A model generated the notes under the pieces. It saw only the letters and a program-made list of their open reading frames with translations, was not told the DNA's origin and did no database searches. From contig CAVNZM010000006.1 of assembly GCA_963693365.1 (NCBI GenBank), positions 10,419,355-10,483,354 on the forward strand: a DNA stretch of 64,000 nt. The letters are read 5' to 3'. This document shows, piece by piece, positions 1 through 24,376 of this stretch; position 1 is the stretch's first letter, and each line of letters opens with the position of its first letter. The stretch comes from Amoebidium appalachense. Its lineage: Eukaryota; Protista; Ichthyosporea. Both the position numbers and the translations under genes were made by a program.

Positions 1-1073
1 TTCATGGAAGTCTAATAGAAACTAAAACCCCATCCACCGCAAATTGTCTGCAAACCATCCACTGCAAATTGACCCCATTTCCCCCCTAAGGACTTAATTT
101 GAAGCAATTATTCCTCAGTAAGCAGAAATTGAGGCTTATGATAGTAAAGGTATAAAAATAAATGTGTAGCCATTTTTTCTCAAGACAATCAGCGTAAATT
201 TAAAGGTAACCCACTGCTATATTTATATGCCACATACCCAAGAGTTAAAATAAATACAGCCCCTCGACACCAATAAACCCCGCAATGTCTCCGAGTCCTC
301 TGGATGAATAAACCCCAGACCTGTCATTCAATTTACAGAAATCATGAATACTGTAGTAACTGTACCGGGGAGACCGGCGGGGTCCGGAACAGGCATCTGC
401 ACGAAAACATATGTTTCGACCTGTCTGTATGAGACAATTACAAAAAACCCTTTATGATAACAAAAATCGCGCTGGGTGAAGGAGATGCAAGAAGGGCGGC
501 CCGCTGCGGGGGACGGTAACATCGATTCGACGTCGCGAGTTCTCACTCGAAATAAATAATCAAAAGTCCCTTTTTTAGGGTCTCGGGGGTCACACATCAA
601 TTCTGGCGGGTTCCGGATCACAGTGCATGAGCTACAATAAGGAATATATATAATAGAAACATGTGTACAGATCTACATTTATGTACACCTATAATATGCA
701 TATATATAAATATATGCACTAGTTTCCTTGCTCCAAGGCCAGAACCATTTATGATTTTCCTGCGCGACAGCTCGGGCCAGGCTTGTGCAGCGGTATGTCG
801 ACAGAATGCAGGCTGCGCTCCCTAAACCATGACCAATCATTGCTCTGTATTCGTTTCATGGTGAAACCCTTATTCAAGACAGGGCTGACATGTCATGCAT
901 ATTAGCTATATGTAACCAATCGCATTTGTGCTTAAGAAAAATTGCAAGACGCGATATTTGGGATTATTTCTTTTCATATCGATTAGAGTTTTAATACGTA
1001 TCGGGAAAATGAGCCAATCACCCCAATTCTATTAGTTTAACAGATCGATCTTACGTGTGATGTCATCTCGATG

Positions 1074-1163
1074 GGTAGCTCTATTTTTCAAGGGTATGAG
1101 TTGGCGCGTGATCAGTCGACTTCGGAAGGAAAGTTTTGTCAGCCTTGAAAAATAAGAGCTACC
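1074..1163. repeat. Inverted repeat / hairpin (20-21 bp arms)
   Basis: ggtagctctatttttcaagg (1074-1093) is the reverse complement of ccttgaaaaataagagctacc (1143-1163) apart from one indel. It lies at the edge of the AT-rich, microsatellite-free block 1-1165. Confidence 0.7.
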
Positions 1164-1269
1164 TCCAAAGGTAGCGGGGGGGGGGGGGGGGAGCTGTCGA
1201 GAGCGGTGTTGAATGTAGGTGTTTGGTTGTCGGGAGCACACGGCACTAAGACCTTCGCACACACACAGG

Positions 1270-3140
1270 GCCACTCAGCAGGCAGGGCAGCCACACCGGG
1301 TCAGTGCCCCAAGCCATGGACATAGACACGTGCACGGCCACGGACACACAGCCAGCAGCCACACAGCCGGCACCTGCAGACACCCGAGAAGAGGCCACCC
1401 CCCTGGACCAGACCCAGCTGTCGGGCCAGATGCCTGGGCTGTCCCTGCAGGGGGATGATGACACACACCAGGACCCAGGCATCCCCCCCTTTGCCCTGCC
1501 TCCACCGGCACTGCCCTTCCGCCACTACGGCCACACATACCTCAAGAACAAGTGCCAGATCATCATCTCCATGGTGTGTGTGTGTGTGTGTGTGTGTGTG
1601 TGGCAGTTCACTTATCATCATGTCCTGAGAACCCGATTGCGATGTTTTTTTTTTTTTTTTTTTTTTTTTTGTTGTTTTTTTTTCTGGCGGCGGGGGGGGG
1701 GGGGGGGGGTTGACAAGTGATGGAGAAGGCAAAGGGTACGTGTGCATGTGCCCATGTGTATTTTGGTGAAGCTTAGGACTCACCCTGCGTATACAGGGCG
1801 AGCACTGCATCACCCCGCCACAACGGCATCGTGCAGGCAAGGACGTCTCTGCGCAGCCAACACCCACTTTTGGGCCCCATGCCTCGGCCTACAACCGCCT
1901 GTGAGTGCTGCATGCTGTCTTGGTCTACACATGCACACCCATGATGAGGCTTTTGGGGGGCAAACTGTGAAAGACACGACAGTTGCATACTAGAGGAACA
2001 CATCACTATGCACACTCCGGCTATCAGCAGGAATGCCCCGCAGGGGAAGGGGGGGGGGGGGGGGGGGGGGGGGGGATCGGAGTGGGTGGGGGAGTGTGTA
2101 TGTGTGTGAGGGGGAGGGGGGAGGGGGGAGGGGAGAGGGGATGGGCCTGAAACTTACCGGGGGTGGTGCAGGCCGACCTCTGCGTCGATGCCCATCACCT
2201 TCTTCTCGTCCAAGCTGGACTTCCTGTCCCTAAGAATGGTCATCTCCCTCAACGGCAGCGAGATGGGTATGTGTTGTGTGTGTGTGTGTGTGTGTGTGTG
2301 TCTGTCTGGCTGTGTACATTTGTCGGTTGTCTAGCCGTGTGTGTATGTGTATGTGATTGTGTTGTGTATGTGTATGTGTGCCTGTCTGGATGTGTGCATT
2401 GGTCGGTGCAGTTCAGGGTGTGTGTGTAGCTTATGGTTGTATTTGTGCGCACACGTGTGGTTTGTGCATGTATGCGTGTGTGCTCTTGTGTGCCTGTTTC
2501 TTGCGACTGTGACTGTGCAAAGATAGCAGCACATGTGTCTTAGTGGATGTGGATGTATCAGGCTTGCGTATCCCTCTGCAGCGTTGCACTAGCAGGTTGC
2601 AAAAGGGCTAGGGAGTCAATGGCTTATGGTCCTTGTAGGAATCTGGACCTTTGCATATTTGGACCCGCTTGCCCCACATGTCTTCTTCCTCATTCCTTTC
2701 TTCCTTTCTGGTCTTTCTTTCTTCTTTCCTATTCATCTCTCTCCCTCCATCCCTCCCTCTCTCTCTCTCTCTCCCTCCCCCCCCTCCCCTCCCTCCCTCC
2801 CCATCTCTGTCCCTCCCCCCTCCCCCTTCTCTCTCCCTCTCGCTCTTGCCCTCTTGTGCGTGTGTGTGGGGAGAAGGGGGAGCAGCCACTCAGTGTGTGT
2901 GTGCACAGACCAGCACCTTGTGATGCTGCCGATCGAGGACACGCAGGAGACCTACTCGTTCTATGCCGACAGTGTGGCCGACTTCACCCTCCAATTCGAC
3001 ATATTGCCGGCATTCGGCAGCAGGCAGTCTCAGCTCATCGGCAGGGCTATCGTCCTGCCTAGTGCACTGGCTCAGCTCAAGGGTGTGTACACACACACAT
3101 GCACACACATGCACATGCACATGCACATGCACATGCACAT

Positions 3141-3177
<37 letters not shown>

Positions 3178-3201
3178 CGCGCGCGCGCACACACACACAC
3201 A

Positions 3202-3287
<86 letters not shown>

Positions 3288-3596
3288 TCAGATGCTTCTA
3301 CACAACCACACACGGATGACCACTAGGAAGTTTCCTCACGTACGATTCTGGCACAGAACCGATGTTTTGCATACCATGCCATGGATGTAAGATGCATGCA
3401 GTTTATTGTGCATATACATGCACTGCAATCCATCATGTACAGGCCCAGAGAGGATACACCTTTAGATTGCTTGCCATGTTAGTGCCCGACTCTCGCCCTG
3501 CAGTTCTAATCGTTCAGTGCATTCTCGTGAGCACGTGTGCTTGGGCCTTAGTGGACAATCCACTGCGGCACTGCCCCCCCCCCCCCCCCCCCCCCT

Positions 3597-3628
<32 letters not shown>

Positions 3629-3679
3629 ACACCTCTCCTAACTTCCTCCAAAATAATCCCATGCGGGCTTGCACGCACG

Positions 3680-3739
<60 letters not shown>

Positions 3740-4370
3740 CACGCTCACGTGCCCGATAGTGGACAGCCACCTGCAGGCAGTGGGCAGTCTCTCGTTCGAG
3801 TACACCATCATCAAGCCCCTCGACCAGCCCCTCTCCACCAGCGCCAAGATCTACTGGAAGGCCACAAAGGTGCGTTGACTCGTCTTGGCCTCGTTTCCTT
3901 CATACTGGCATGCATGGATTCGTTTCTGTCATGTGTTTCCTCCATATTGGCACGCACTGCTCATCCATGCCTCGTTTCTGTCGCGTGTTCTCTCCATACT
4001 GGCACACATGGATTCGTTTTTGTCATGTGTTTCCTCGATGGTGGTGCCCTAAACCTGCCAGGGCCCCAATGTGATGTGTGGCTTCGAGGATGGCGTGTGG
4101 TCAAATACCCGCTGCCCCTGCCCTGCACCTTGGCAGTATTACGAACCTTGTTGGCGGTCAAGTGGTTGAACGAATAGCCCCCCCCCCCCCCCCCCCCCCC
4201 CCCCTCCCCCCCCCCTTCCTTTCCGGCAACCAATTCACCATTTCTTCATTTCAGCTGCTGGAAAAGACCGAGGTACCCCGGTCACTGGCGCTGCACACGA
4301 CAAATGCCCTGGTGGTCGAAGAGACCTCCCTCGATGCACGGTACATAAAGTTTTCGGTCCAGGTATAAGG

Positions 4371-4426
<56 letters not shown>

Positions 4427-5175
4427 AAAAAAAAAAAAAAAGAGAGAGAAGAAGAAGAAAAAAGGAAAAATAGAAAGAAAGAAAAGAAAAGAGGTCAAAA
4501 AAGAAAGAAAGAAAGAAACAAGCGAGAAAACAAAGAAACAAACAAGCAAACAACCAAAAATTTGAATTTGGAGAACAGAAAGAGAAGCGGAAACGGAAAA
4601 TTATACTGGCACCACGGCCACATACCCGGTGCACCACCCAGACACCCTGGTTACGGCCAGCACGGCTGCATGGTTGCGAACACGTACCCCTCAGCACACA
4701 GCAACGACGCGCTACCTTGGGCTACGCTTTGCACACCTCACAACTCCTTGTTGATTGCTTTCAATGATTCCATCAGACGATGTGCAGGTAAAGAGGCTAA
4801 ATGGCTATGGGGCTGGTAACTTTGGCTTTACAGAAGTTGGGAAAGAGGGAGCCCAAAGCAATTACTCACTGTATGCATGAATCCGTCGAAGTAGAGCAGA
4901 TGCTTTCGCTCAGCATGCCACTGTACCCTCCCTCTTCCTAAATAGGCCTCTAACCCCCATGTGATTGGCCGCAGATCACACGTGACGGTGTTGCGGTGAT
5001 CCACAACCAGCCCACTGTGGCCGTATCAGCCGGGCCTGGGCTCCCCCGTGTGCACCTGCCCATCTCGTCTCTCACCTCGGACCAGTTTCGCGCCATCACC
5101 ACCCCCCAGCAGCCCCCAGACCAGACCACACAGTACTACCCCACCCTGGCAGACGCACTAAAGGTACCTGCCTGC

Positions 5176-5249
<74 letters not shown>

Positions 5250-5690
5250 CAGTACAAGTAAACTGATAAAATGACTGTGAAAAGATTTAACGCTTTGCGG
5301 TATACATGTATGTACATTCTCTCATTCCTGCAGAGCATTCTGCTGTGTCTGCTTACCCCCGCACCTCATTGTGCACCAAGGCTCACAAAGGTAGCGAATT
5401 TCAGGCTTACTACCCAATACACACTGTGGCCATCACTCACGATCACGATTACACCGATTGCAGGAGATCCCCGTTGAAATCGGGTTCAAGATCCACATGG
5501 CCGGGTGGGACGAGGGCCGTGGCAGTGGTGACGTCAACAGCACCGTGGACGTAGTGCTGGGCTGCATCTATGCGTATGCACAGTCCAGGCCCATCATCCT
5601 GTCCTCCCCCAGCCCAGATGTCTGCCTGTATCTGGGCCTCAAGCAGCCAAACTACCCGGTGTTCTTCACTACGACAGTCGGTCAGTGCAT

Positions 5691-5738
<48 letters not shown>

Positions 5739-5788
5739 AAAAAAAAAAAAAAAAAAACACCACCACCACCACCACCATCCTTCTTTCA

Positions 5789-5838
<50 letters not shown>

Positions 5839-6988
5839 GAGAATAAAGAAGAAGAAGAAGAAGAGGGGGAGGGGGGGAACACGGGGCCCAATCGTGCTGA
5901 CATGCTCTAAGTGCTCTCTCGTCAGTGCTGATGGTGAGTGGAGTCCTGTAGAGGTGATGTGATGGGCATCTGCTGTGGTGATATTGAAAGGGGGTTGAGT
6001 TACACCACGTAGATTATCAGGAAAACACATCAGTAGCCACTTGTCAACTAATTGCGGTGATGTAGGGTCTCTTATGCATTAGCCCCAAATTGATGCCCCG
6101 CCAGCGTCGATCGCGAATGTTTGCGCAATCTAAATGACGTCATCAGAAGACTTGCTTATCCGCCGCTGGTGGAGCCTCACAGGGATTCGATTAGAGCCCC
6201 TGTCGTTAAAAAATACACTGAGAAAAAACCGCTTAAAGGCCTTTAAATTGTTAATCGATCCATTTTATCACGCGCGGCGCTACTGCCCAATAATGATATT
6301 CCCTCGCTGGTTCTTTTTTTTTTTTTTTGTTTAGTCTTTCTATATTTACCTTATAAATTGAATTATTGAGCTACAGATTATTTAAACCTATAAATGCACC
6401 TAATTGCGTTTTGAGCGCATATAAACGCTAAAACTAAAAAACCTTAGTCTCTGGTTTACAACAGAAAGCATTTGCCACCCATCATGGCAGGTTTACATTG
6501 GCTAGATCTAGATCTCAGAAAAATGTCAGTGAAAAAGCATTTGCCCCTGCTCGAACACTGCAGGTTTACATTGGCTAGATCTAGATTGGTGAAATGTCCC
6601 AGAGAAAATTTATGGCGACAATCGCATCAGCCAATGAAAACCTGGCCGTTGTTTCCAATTAGGACCGCCGTGAGGCCCCACCAGCGGCGGTCAAAAATCT
6701 TTTAGTCTACAATGTGTAGTCCATTTAATGACGTAATCGATCGTGTAGTCTTTCGCGCCGCTGATCGGGGCCGAAATATTAGGCTGCTTATGCATTGGGT
6801 TTAGAGTCTGCCTATTTTCTGGTATATGCCTATTCTCTGGTATATTGACTAAAAACATCGGATCACAACAGGGGAGATACCTCGTGCCGACCCAAGATCA
6901 TATTCCATCCAGCGAGCCATCCGCTTTGCAAAAGCAAACTTCCTGTTGGGTGAGAAAATACCTTAATTTCCTTCCCCTTTTTTGCTTT

Positions 6989-7020
<32 letters not shown>

Positions 7021-7161
7021 ATGCTCGGTTTGTGTTGCACTGTAAATCGCCTCACAGACACACCTGCACCCGTAGCCTAATCCTGCAGCCACCTGCATGC
7101 TCTGCCCTCTAGTTGTGCAGTTTGACAGTCTTTGTGGTGCCACCTCCTGTGCCCTCTCCCC

Positions 7162-7194
<33 letters not shown>

Positions 7195-7942
7195 TTCCCT
7201 ACATACACACACACCAGCACACGTGCCTACACAATCACACGCATCCCTGCACAAAGACACACAAGTAGGGAGCAATTTGTGCATGCACGCCCAGGCACAC
7301 CCCACACTCTCTAGCTAACATGGGTCTTTAGGTATCGATGTGCCTGGCTGGCTGCTCCAGGATGCGCCTATCCTTGCTGGGGTCATCAAGGAGAGTGGCC
7401 TGCTGCTGTTCACACACGACGTGCCCCCACCAGACCCCACACAGCCAAACATCCCATCCATCGTAACCCCCCCCCCCCCCCCCCCCTGCGTGTATGTGCA
7501 CGGTAGCAAGGAATCCCTCGTCGTTGTTCTTTTGCATGTGCTTGGCCCTGGGTTAGTGCAGTATATATGGTTTGCCCGGGTTACTCTGCTAATGACATGT
7601 CTGGTGCACCAGAAAGTCACACCCGTGACCCATGAACATAGTATGTAAATCTCCCTTTGTATTCCTGCTGGCCCTATGCCGGCCGTGCACCCATCCACGG
7701 TTGCCCCAACGCCCCCCACATGACTGACCTAATTGGCACAGGTGGACGGAGTAGTGGTCGGGGACGTGGTGTATGTGGGGCAGAAGCCCAGCAGCATGGA
7801 CCCCCTGTACCAGTTCTATGCCTCGGCCCTGCGCACCCACCAGCAGGCCCCCAGCCCCAAGGGCCAGCGCACCGATAGAGCACACACACCCATCATCTCC
7901 CCACCAACACCACCAAAGCCTGCCGCACAAACAACAGCCCAG
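1270..7942 (+). CDS. PHO81: Pho81/NUC-2-like protein (C-terminal degenerate GDPD-like region), multi-exon, probably 5'-incomplete
   Basis: Phase-consistent GT-AG exons at about 1270-1573, 1797-1900, 2172-2266, 2909-3082, 3739-3869, 4255-4362, 4975-5163, 5464-5680, 6872-6949, 7332-7462 and 7742-7942, with a possible last exon at 8384-8623. Peptides [120 protein letters not shown] and VDGV match, from memory, the fungal NUC-2/Pho81 (Gde1-related) C-terminus. The catalytic HRG motif of active GDPDs is missing. Confidence 0.8.
6071..6796. mobile_element. Non-autonomous DNA transposon-like insertion in an intron (9-10 bp target duplication)
   Basis: AT-rich 700-bp block flanked by identical cttatgcatt (6071-6080 and 6787-6796). 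Degenerate terminal inverted similarity; internal inverted repeat ccgccgctggtggagcctcac (~6160-6180) / gtgaggccccaccagcggcgg (~6670-6690); internal direct repeat gcaggtttacattggctagatctaga (~6487, ~6560). Confidence 0.65.
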
Positions 7943-9286
7943 GTGCCTGCCCTTCCCCCGCCCTCCCCACCCCCCCCCCCCCCCCCCCCCCCCCCTCCTC
8001 CTCCGCACACACGCGCGCGCACACACTGCCTTTTTATCACACACACACACACGCAAGGTGTGTGTGTGGGGGGGGAGGGGGGGGGGGAGAAGGAGGAGAA
8101 GAAGGGAAAGGAGAAAGAGAAGTAACGAGAAGGCCCACACACAGGCAATCGCAACCGTATGCCCCATCCCTAGCGTAAACACACACACAGAGAAGGGGAG
8201 AGAGATGCCTGCAAACAGGAAGTTTCATACCTCTTGCCTCATTTTTTGCCTATGCCGGTGGTCAAAGTGCTTAACATAGAGTCTTCCCCCCTCCCCGCTC
8301 TTTTTGCCCCCGTCCCTCCCCCCTCATGTCCTGATCCCACCTCTCCTAATCCCCCGTATTCCCCCAGCTGTCTGTGCCTGCAGATGGGTCCACACACCTG
8401 CTCAGTCCCTCCCCAGCCTCTGCCCCTGCCCGCCAACCTCCACCCATCCCTGCCGGCCTGCCCCAAGTCCCCGGCCACCCGGCAGACATGCTTGCCGGCC
8501 TCACCGATAAGGACCTTAGCCCACCACCCACAACTAGAGCAAGTAGCTCTATTTTTGCTTTCCTCACAAGCTAGCACACACACACACACACACACACGTA
8601 CACACATACACACATGTGGATGAACACGAACACGAACGTATGATGAGGGACGTGCTATGGTGCGAGCCCGAAGACACGACCCATAGTCGGGTGGTGTTTT
8701 TTTCCCTCAACTTCCATTGAATGAGCGAATGACTTTGCTTGAATGTGAGTAAACCTTTTTTTTCCTCGATCCATCACAAGTTGCCCTATTAGTGATGTTG
8801 AATATTGATATGAACTGACACACCATGGCGTGTGGTTGTTGTTCTTGTTGTCTGTTTTACATTTTAATTTTTATTCCCTTTTTTTTATCTTGCAGGTGTA
8901 TGGCAATAGCCCATATCATCCACCTTGCACGTACTAAGATTAATGTGTACATATGCGGTCATTCAGTCTGCCCACCCGTGGTGTGGCAAGTTTAGAAGCA
9001 ATTGTGGACATGGCAAACACCTGTTTAGTTGCTGACTTTCAGCCAATACATATACATGCTTGTGTAAAATCTCTAAAGCTGTATGCGCCATACGCATTTC
9101 ATCCCCCCCTCCCCCCCCCTCCCCCCCCTCACCACACACACAACACACACACACACACACACATTCATCTATAAGTCTCATGTGTTTTTTTTAAAAAAAT
9201 ATCATTGTGGTCATGGCATTCATGCATTCCGTTTGGCCGGCAACGTATCCAACCATCCAATCATAACACGGTATCTGTAGCCACAT

Positions 9287-19511
<10,225 letters not shown>

Positions 19512-20646
19512 GGAGATGGCACAGATGAAACCATATGTCAAAAGTAATAATGGTTTGAAGCAGCGTGCTTTTCATTCTAGGTATAACATGTTTGCTAAGT
19601 AGAGCTGTGTTGTGGCATGGTTGTGTACATATAGGCACATGCAATATTTGTGGGTGGGTTGAGATCTAGAGTGCACATCTGCAGATGAGCTGCAGTGGTG
19701 GTAAAAGCCCACCAAGCAGCTCGATTCTGAGTCCAAGAAATCCGGTACCTCTGAGCTTCGTATATGTGTTCCTCGGATGACGTTGGTTTCTTTTTTAGGT
19801 TTGGACGGATGGATCAGTGTCCAAACTAGCTTGTGATATTCTTGCCACGTCTCAGAACATGTTAAGTCTGATTATCACGATATGCCTAAGCAGGCAATAA
19901 TCTCTCCACGCCTCTGTCAGGATGTGCAAATACATGGGTCACTGTCAGCACTATACTAAAGACCCACAGACTATCCAGTCTTTGCTTTTCCTTTTAACTA
20001 AACCTGTCGGTGTACATAGGTGACATAAACGAGAACAAAATGGCTTTTTAGGCCCCAGCGCCTAGGGCGTGGGTTCAACCAATGACAATCATACATTTCT
20101 GATACTAAAAGGTGATTGGGTGAGAGGGGCAAAAGCGCGGGAAGAGGGCTCGGTTATATCAAGCTCGGCCCTGCTCGGGGCCGTGGCCCACTGCCCGTGG
20201 GCCCGGGGTGATAAGTTTATGAACGTGTAGGTACACCACAGTTCGCTATGGAGGCTGCATGCACAGATACGTGTGTGCACGTACGCAGCAAAAGGATGAC
20301 AGAATTGATGTCAGCTAGCGGTTTGCATGGATACCATTGCACGGATCGAATTCATTGTGCACGAAGCAGCTGCGATGGGGTTTACGCACGCTCAGTGACG
20401 GACATCCCGTGATCGATTGTAGGGTGGTGATGTTGGGCACTTGGTAGAGTGGTGATGGTGCCCCAACGGGGTGCACGTGGCTGGGTGGTGCAGGGGGGAG
20501 GGGCAGGGGCAGGGGCAGGGGCAAAACAGGCTCAGGAGAGTTGTGTTCCCCAACCTGGGGAGTATATATTTCTAATTATATATTCGAATTCTTTCCGGTA
20601 GAAGTCACTGCCGCACAGCGAGCAGTCATTTTGTTGAACCTTAGTT

Positions 20647-21528
20647 TTAATGCTTGGGGTAGTGGTAGGAGAAGTTGTCGGCACCACGGATCTGGGTACA
20701 TAACATGTTAGTAACTGTCCCGTTCGCACATGCCACCTGCTTCACGTTGGGTTTATTTGGTCATGTAAACACTAATTCACATTGGTGACCCTACCCGCAC
20801 CTGGGCAAGCAACACCGACAGCAACGTACATGCCACTGGCCCCTCGCACAATGGTTCGAGTGCACGAAAGCATGCACGGGTCACGATTGTGTGTGTGTGT
20901 GCACGTACCTTGGGAGGGGGGATCACGGTGACGTCATTGTAGAGCTCCTCCAGGCCGATCTCTGGGCTGGCCTTTGCCTTCTCCACGGCATCCTCGACCT
21001 CCTTCTTGACCGAGGCATCAACCTCCTGCACATCACAGTCAGACAAACGTGCTAGCCAAGCCAACAGATATACACTAACAACCCAAGCGCCAGAGCCCCA
21101 GTACACACTAACGAAATCACGTGCTGAAGCCACAGGCGTGCACTGATAAAACCGTGATTCCAAAGCCTCCTTCATTTCCATTCAACCCCTGACCAAACAA
21201 GTGGGATTTGCATGCAGGTTATTATGCCTCTTCTATGTACACACACACACACATACACAGAGCTTGTCAGCACCCATCCCACGAACTGAGCACACAGTGA
21301 GTGTCTGTTCTAGAAACTTCAACAGCAAACCTGTCCAAAAAACCTCTCTGTCGACTGGCAACAAGCAGCTATGTATGTAGGCAAATGCAAAAAATCTTGT
21401 GTCGGCTTACGTTGAAGAAAAAGGAAAAATCTTGTGTCGGCTTACGTTGAAGAAAAAGGATGTGGGGCTGCACACACAAACACAGACCGAGACCGAGGAC
21501 CCAGGGGGGGGGGGGGGGGGGGGGGGGG

Positions 21529-21578
<50 letters not shown>

Positions 21579-22746
21579 AGGGAGGGGGTGTAGATTGAGG
21601 GTGGTGACCTTGATCTTGTCCTCTGTGGCCAGGCCGCTCTCGAGCAGGCGCAGCTTGAGGCCCTGGATGGGGTCACTCTTGGCCCGCATTAGCTTGATCT
21701 CCTCGCGGGTGCGGTAGCTGGTGCCGGGGTCAGACATACTGTGCCCACCATAGCGGTACGTCACCTGCACAGCCATGTGGTCAGCACAAACATACAGGCC
21801 AAGCCAAGCAGTATGAGTGGATGAACTGCACCTTAGCCAAGTGTGTGGCAACTCAAACCTACGAGCAGACAAAAGGATACGAGGGTTTATGATGTTAATC
21901 GACGCACAGAGGCCGTCTCAGGTATAAGGCTCGGATTTGTGGTGGTAAGGGGACGTTAATATGGCTGCGAAAGCAAGCTGCAAATGTGCTGGTGGCATGA
22001 ATATCGATGAGCACACACATCCCGCCAGCTCTGCACGCCGTGGTTGAGAAAGTGGCTAGGAAGGCATGTATGCTGTTATACTGCATGTCCACCTTGTAAG
22101 GTGTGTGTGTCTCCAGTGGGGAAAGCAGGGAATCTGGTGCCTGCATGTGGATGGACAGAAAGAGGCATCTTCCAAACCGCTAAACAATAACCATGGCGCA
22201 TGGGCACTCACCGCCTCGACGATGATGGGGCCCTTGCCTGAGCGGCAGTAGTCAGCAGCAAACTTTGTGGCCTCCCTGACGGCCAGGATGTCCATGCCGT
22301 TGACCTGCATGCATGCCGGTCAGTCCCTGCCATGCACCAACAACTTGTGCCCTAGGTGACATGCATGCCATCTAGTTCTGACCCATGCTGCAAGCCCAGC
22401 AAGCACCAGCACAATCACACCATGTTGGTACCTGGATGCCCGGGACGTAGTCGCCACGGGTGTAGTACTGGAAGGAGGCCGAGGAGCGCTCCTGGCTGGT
22501 GCCCATGCCGTAGCGGTTGTTCTCGACAAGGTAGATCACGGGCAGGTCCCACAGCTTGCTCATGTTGTACGCCTGTGGCCCTGTCAGCACGGTGCACTGC
22601 TTGCTACAAACATCCTCCATTTTGCTGCTGCATCTAAGAGTGCTGCTGCACTACAAACACTCTACCGGCTTGAGGGTCTTGTACTCATACACAAACACGG
22701 ACATCAACACACACACATCCTCCCTTCTCCCCTCCCCCCCCAACAT

Positions 22747-22792
<46 letters not shown>

Positions 22793-23439
22793 AGGGGCAT
22801 TCTACTGCTTCCGGTCACTCACACACCACCTTTTGTCACAGTCGCATGCAATTCTCTCTTTACCCCCCCCCCCCCCCCCCCCCCCCCCCTCAACCCTGCC
22901 CTTCCCCCATCCCCCTTCGCCTTCCGCCAGATGAAAAAAGAGCGCAGGTGCTTCATCAGCACATTTCGGCCACAACCACCGAGAAAATGGGGGGGGGAGG
23001 GGGGAGGGGATGGAGGGGAGGGGGGGAAGATAATTGTTCGCCATACTCAACTACCTCCATTCTAACAGCACTATGCATATCAGCCCATAACGTGAACAGT
23101 CAAAGTCAAGCACTGATCCGGACACAGGGACCATGGCAAACACGCTGGCATCGGCCTCAGAAACAAACATTCACCATCCCCTCACCCTCCCCCCCCCCCA
23201 CCTCCCCCCCCCGGGTGGGTCATGGAAAAACACGGGCACGGACCTCGAAGAGCTGGCCCTGGTTGGCAGCACCATCACCGTAGCCGGCAATGGTCACACC
23301 TGCATGGCATAGCACACGTCAGCCTGGGTGGTCTGTTGCTGGCACGTGCTCGTGTTGCACAACCAAGAGGACCCATGTGTCTCTAATTGTATCCCCATAG
23401 GCCCATTCCCCACACTTCCCCCCCCCCCCCTCCCTCCTC

Positions 23440-23494
<55 letters not shown>

Positions 23495-24189
23495 ACACAA
23501 CCACATCCGCACACACAAGAACACACACACACACACACAAACTCTGAACCCTGCTATTCCCCCATTCGTGTGTGCAGACATGCAAGTGTCCTCGCGCACT
23601 ACACACACACACCACTACCAATTCTGGCAAGAAAAGAAACAACGTCCCTCAGCACTCTGAAACCCTCCCCACAGGCACTGCAAAAACACTTAACATCTTT
23701 CCAACTACAAGCTTCTTTGAAACCCCCTCAGCCCCCTCAGCCCCCCCCCCCCCCCCCCCCCCCCCCCACATCCACCCACCCACACATACACACCAGCCAA
23801 GCTCCAAAGCCCTTTCCATATGCTCCTCCTTCTGTTCATAAACCAACAGCACCTAGCACTAGCAGCCACCAGAAAGAAAATAAAATCTATCAGTATAGAT
23901 GGCTACGTGTGTTTGACTATGTGGGGATAAGGTGTGTGTATGTAGAGGGGGGGGGGGGGGGGGGGGGTGGTGAATGCGGAACACGGTACGAAGTACGCAT
24001 ACACGACGAGAAGGGGGGGGGAGGGGGGGGAGGGGGGGGGGGATATGTGTGTCCGAGTGCCAAGGACACATTTACGACCGACACACAATGCAGACCTTCC
24101 AAACAAGAAAACACATAAGGAAGGGGGGGAGGAGAGGAGGGAGGGTAGGTAAGGGGTGTGTGTTACACAGGTAAGTACACGTTTACGAA

Positions 24190-24223
<34 letters not shown>

Positions 24224-24331
24224 GTTAGAATTTGTCACAAGAGTACGAAGTAGACATTCACGACGGACAACACAGTGTAGATTGCTAAGCACACACAAAC
24301 AGGATGCATCATAAACACAGCCTATCCTCCT

Positions 24332-24376
<45 letters not shown>

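Noticed and set aside
1830-1842. Possible GC-AG donor (cag|gcaagg)
   Set aside because: A canonical gtgagt donor at 1901 gives the correct phase for the next exon.
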